This document shows positions 59,921 through 64,000 of a DNA stretch of 64,000 nt, in pieces. Origin of the DNA: the human T2T-CHM13v2.0 reference genome, Homo sapiens. A model generated the notes under the pieces. It saw only the letters and a list, made by a program, of their open reading frames with translations, was not told the DNA's origin and did not search any database. The translations under genes and the position numbers were made by a program. The DNA lies in assembly GCF_009914755.1 (NCBI RefSeq), contig NC_060936.1. The stretch is one strand, 5' to 3'. Position 1 is the first letter of the stretch; each line of letters starts with the position of its first letter.

Positions 59921-62900
59921 GTATGATGTTTTACTCTTTTATTTTCAACTCTGGTTGGAACCATCATTGTGTTATACATACATTGCTATGTTTTTACAAC
60001 CAATTTTATCTCATCTTTCAATATATCTCACAAATAAAAATAGTTTTTTCTAAATAAATAGCATACAAAGTATGCCATAAATATTGAGACACAGGCATAG
60101 AAAAAATAAACTATTGCAGTAAGTTAACAATCATCTCTGTGTGAGAGAAATATATTTGATTTGCATTTTCTTCTTTGTTCTTTTGATATTTTCTAAAAGT
60201 GTCTGAAATGCATGTACATCATCTTATAAACAGAAAAATTCTCTACTTCTACTCTACTTGTATTTTATTTTAAAGGAATATTTACCCTTTTGAAATGACT
60301 GCAGTTTTCCTAAAACAATATCCATGGTGAATCAAAATGCATGACTATTAAATAATCAATAGTCAACTATTGATTTATTCTTATATATACTTTCTTAACT
60401 TTTTTGAGGTTACAATGAAATATAACAGAACTTTTGCCTTCAAAAATGTACAAAAAAATGTGTAATAGCTTTAAATTAGTTAATAGAAGTTAATATATTG
60501 CTACTCCACATGGTTAACCTGTATCATATGCAGCCTCTCACTCTGTAGATACCTGCAGAAACCATTCTGCTCATTAAGCCATTTAGAATAAAATGTGTGT
60601 TTTGTATATGGCCTCTGTTGCAGGTGTTATTCTACATGTTCAAAGGACTCCTTTGTTAAATAACATAGACTTAGAAACATGGAGATATAAAGCAGATTGT
60701 TGAACACTCTAATTGTGCCAGTCTATCTTGGCTATGATGGTTCTAATAGTGTCATCTGTCAGCAGCTCTTCCCTTTTCCTCTGCCTCTGAGTAAGCAGCA
60801 CACAGAGTCAAGCCAAAAACTGAGATGCAATATTAGATACCATCTGTGTTGCTCATTTGATTTCAATCCAAATTGTTCTCAAGCCAATCATGGAACCAAG
60901 TGAAAAATTTGATTGTGATTAGGGTAAGATATGAAAAAGACTTGAAGTAAAAGACCAGCATCAAGTTTCCAGGTACAAAGGGGTGCTTTGCCCATTTTAC
61001 AAATTCCCATGTGGAGAAAGAGACTTTAGGCCTAGAAAATTATAACATGCACAGAAGTGAAAAAAAAAAAAAACACAAGTAAATGCACAAGCATGTGTAT
61101 GTGTAGATAAAACATACACTCTGTAGAAGTGATTTTGCTTTTAGAATTTTAAAATTACAAAGAGTTTGTTATAATGTACTTAGCAAACTCCCAATTTTGA
61201 AATGCAGATAATGAAAATTGAGTGTATATGTATGTGTATGTGAAAACTTAATTATAAAATACTTATTTGTCTAAATAGTTGCAAAAAGCATGCAAACAAT
61301 AATCAGTGTGTATATATGTATCCCAGTGATAGATGTCTGCTTTGTAAGTGAGCCACTATTAATTCATCTATAAATCACTGAAACTAAGCAGTAGTTTAAG
61401 ATAGGTTCTAAAGAAGACTAATTTAATCATCCTAATTTATTTTGGTCATTGCTATTTTGAGTTTTTTTCTTTTTTTTTGCGGGGGTGGGGGTGTTGTTGT
61501 TTTAGCTGATCATTCTCATTTCTTATCTTTGTGTTTTTCTTCCTCTTTTTTTTCTTTCCAACATATTTTGACCAATACTCTTGATTAATGTTAAATGGTT
61601 AAATGATTGGAGGCAACATCATGGTGCACAGTGAGAGAAAATTTATCAATTACAAATATTACTGCATTTAAGTGTTTATAAAGGAAATACTAAAAGACCA
61701 AGAAACATTCACTTTTGAATAGCAAAGAACCATGTAAGTTTAGCATTTAGAAAATTATTTCCATAGGCATATATTACCCTATGAAGTACACTGAACACTT
61801 CATACTATTATACCAAATGTTGGCATCATGTACATATGTTCCATAATGCATTTAAACATTAATGCATAAAGAAGGCAGGTGTAGAAACATTTCTATTAGT
61901 TCACTTCCCCCATGACTGCCAACTTCCATGGATATAGCTATTTTATCAACAAAATACATCTGATTTGAGTTAAATATACACTTTTTAAACTGACAGTGAA
62001 TTTAAATATCATTTTTATTAAAATTATCTTAATGTCTTACCAAAGTATATGTTATTTATAAAACACCATTTAACAATGTGAAACAATGTATTCAAAAGGA
62101 ATTTAAAAGCAACATTCTAGAAAATCTTTGTTGTTGTTTACTTGATTCCATTTTTTCCATAGTGCTATTTTTCAGTTACTCACATAGTAGTTTACAGAAA
62201 AGTGTATTATGTTTGTGGTAAAAGATTGATTCTATTTATCTTCTAAGCAACATATTTGTCTTGCTAGGAAAATGTTTTTCAATAAGAAAATGGCACGGTA
62301 AATGAATTACCATGAGCTAAATATCAAGATTTTCATGCTGAACAAACCTTTAATTTATTTAAAACAAGCCTAATACTTTCAGAAAAACAATGTGCAATTC
62401 TTTCTATAATAGGGTTCCTCCTTTATTCTTGAATATAAAATTATGATGTTTATATTGCAATAATTCAAAAATGTGTTAACATTAAGTTCTTAAACTGTAA
62501 CCTCAGATATGTACACTTCCAGATTGCTTTTGTTTAATCTACTAATACAAAACTTTAGAGAAAGCACTTACCACAGTCCTGGCTCAAAATATTACTCACT
62601 AAATAGTAATTGCTGTCATTATTTTTCAATGAATATATATTGTATCCAAATTCCTTTTTCTGGGGTTTTACACATATAGTTTCATTCTTCAGTGTATAGA
62701 TACACACACACTGAAGAATGAATTAAAAGTGTATTCAGGAATGTGTATGAATTTCTTAGCATGAATTCCAAATTCCCACTGATTTTTCTCATTTTCTCAA
62801 AACAAACAAAAAATCCTTTTTTCCCAATAATGTGTTTTTACCACACGTATGAGAACCTCAAAACCTTCTGTCAATGTCTAAAGTCTAAATAAGGCCCTAA

Positions 62901-63536
62901 TGTACATATTGTATTTTTACTCAATACAAACTGTCACAAAATGCCAAAGTGCAATTCAGGAAAAGCAATTTCATGGAACACCAAAATAATGTTTTTCCTA
63001 AATTTTTATCATAATCATAATCTTAAAAATCATCTATGTTCTATGTTCTCCGGATTAAGATAAATGTACATTACAGAAAGAAAAAATACATTTTAGATCA
63101 TATCATAAGACCCTATTGTAAAATAGTTTTCTTTATTGTGGTATTGAGCCTTTAATTTTATAGCAATAAAGGTACATTTAGATGATTAAGAAGAAGAGAG
63201 GAGGAATAAGAGCCATTTTATTTCTTATTGGAAACACAAGCCCTGGCCTGCTTGTGTTAAAAATAAAATATCTTGTATTTTAAAATGCTGGTATTTAAAA
63301 TAAAATACTTTGGCTACTTCTCCAAGAAAAATAAAACACACTAAAGGAAACAAGAAAAAAGTTTGACGAAATAAAGTTCAGGAAAATGTGAACTTAATTA
63401 TAATCTTCTAAAAAAAACCATAAAATAGTTCTCCTGTATTTTTTCCAATAATGAACATCCCTTTTATGTTTCTAGTACATATAATTGTCTTATTTTAATG
63501 ATGTACAATTTTTAATAGCCAATAATTACTCCCCCA

Positions 63537-63537
<1 letters not shown>

Positions 63538-63584
<47 letters not shown>
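63538..63584. repeat. (CA)n microsatellite, ~23 perfect units
   Basis: Visible. Confidence 0.97.
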
Positions 63585-63588
<4 letters not shown>

Positions 63589-64000
63589 ATAAAATGCTTA
63601 GGTGGGCATCAGGTAAAGATATCTAAATAAAATAGTTTTTAAAATGAGTGTACCCACCTACACACATAATAAAAAGTAGTAACATATGTTTATTATTATT
63701 AACCAATAGTAAGTACTAGAGCTGATTAATGTGCACCCTAATACAAATGTCCATGGCAAAAGCCCTGATATAAGTTTCCCAGTTGGGGAAAAAAAAAAAG
63801 AAAAGAAAAAGAAAAAATGAAAGAAAATCTTTGAGTACCGAAGAAAGAAAAGAAGCTAGAAAATTCATCTTTGTTTTATTCTGGAAACAATACAAGAGAC
63901 ATATTATTTTTTAAAATGTAAAATAACCTTTATTGCTATAAAATGAAAGGCCCAATACTGCAAATTAGTGTGATTGCCACCATAGGATCCATTTGTAATC

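Overview
AT-rich, gene-poor primate (human-like) genomic DNA made almost entirely of transposable-element remains; no host protein-coding exon could be supported. Main features: (1) a full-length L1PA3/L1PA2-type LINE-1 (31244-37783, 16-bp TSD, intact ORF1) whose ORF2 is interrupted by a nearly unmutated 504-bp ANTISENSE fragment of 28S rRNA spanning the peptidyl-transferase centre and sarcin-ricin loop, with no TSD or poly(A) and a 10-bp L1 deletion; the same L1 carries a second, polymerase-theta-like templated repair scar; (2) a 1.1-kb HERV-K(HML)-type element (7764-8880) that ends in U3 termini at BOTH ends (106-bp terminal inverted repeats) inside a perfect 6-bp TSD; (3) a 5'-inverted (twin-primed) L1PA (9118-11550); (4) two local templated duplications (683-974 copied to 3668-3960; 58511-58689 copied to 56569-56748) and a mosaic of inverted motifs within TA/CA microsatellite; (5) ordinary Alu, MaLR, ERV1/ERVL LTR, MER, L2, MIR and old L1M fragments. 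Family names come from recalled consensus sequences and were not checked against a database.
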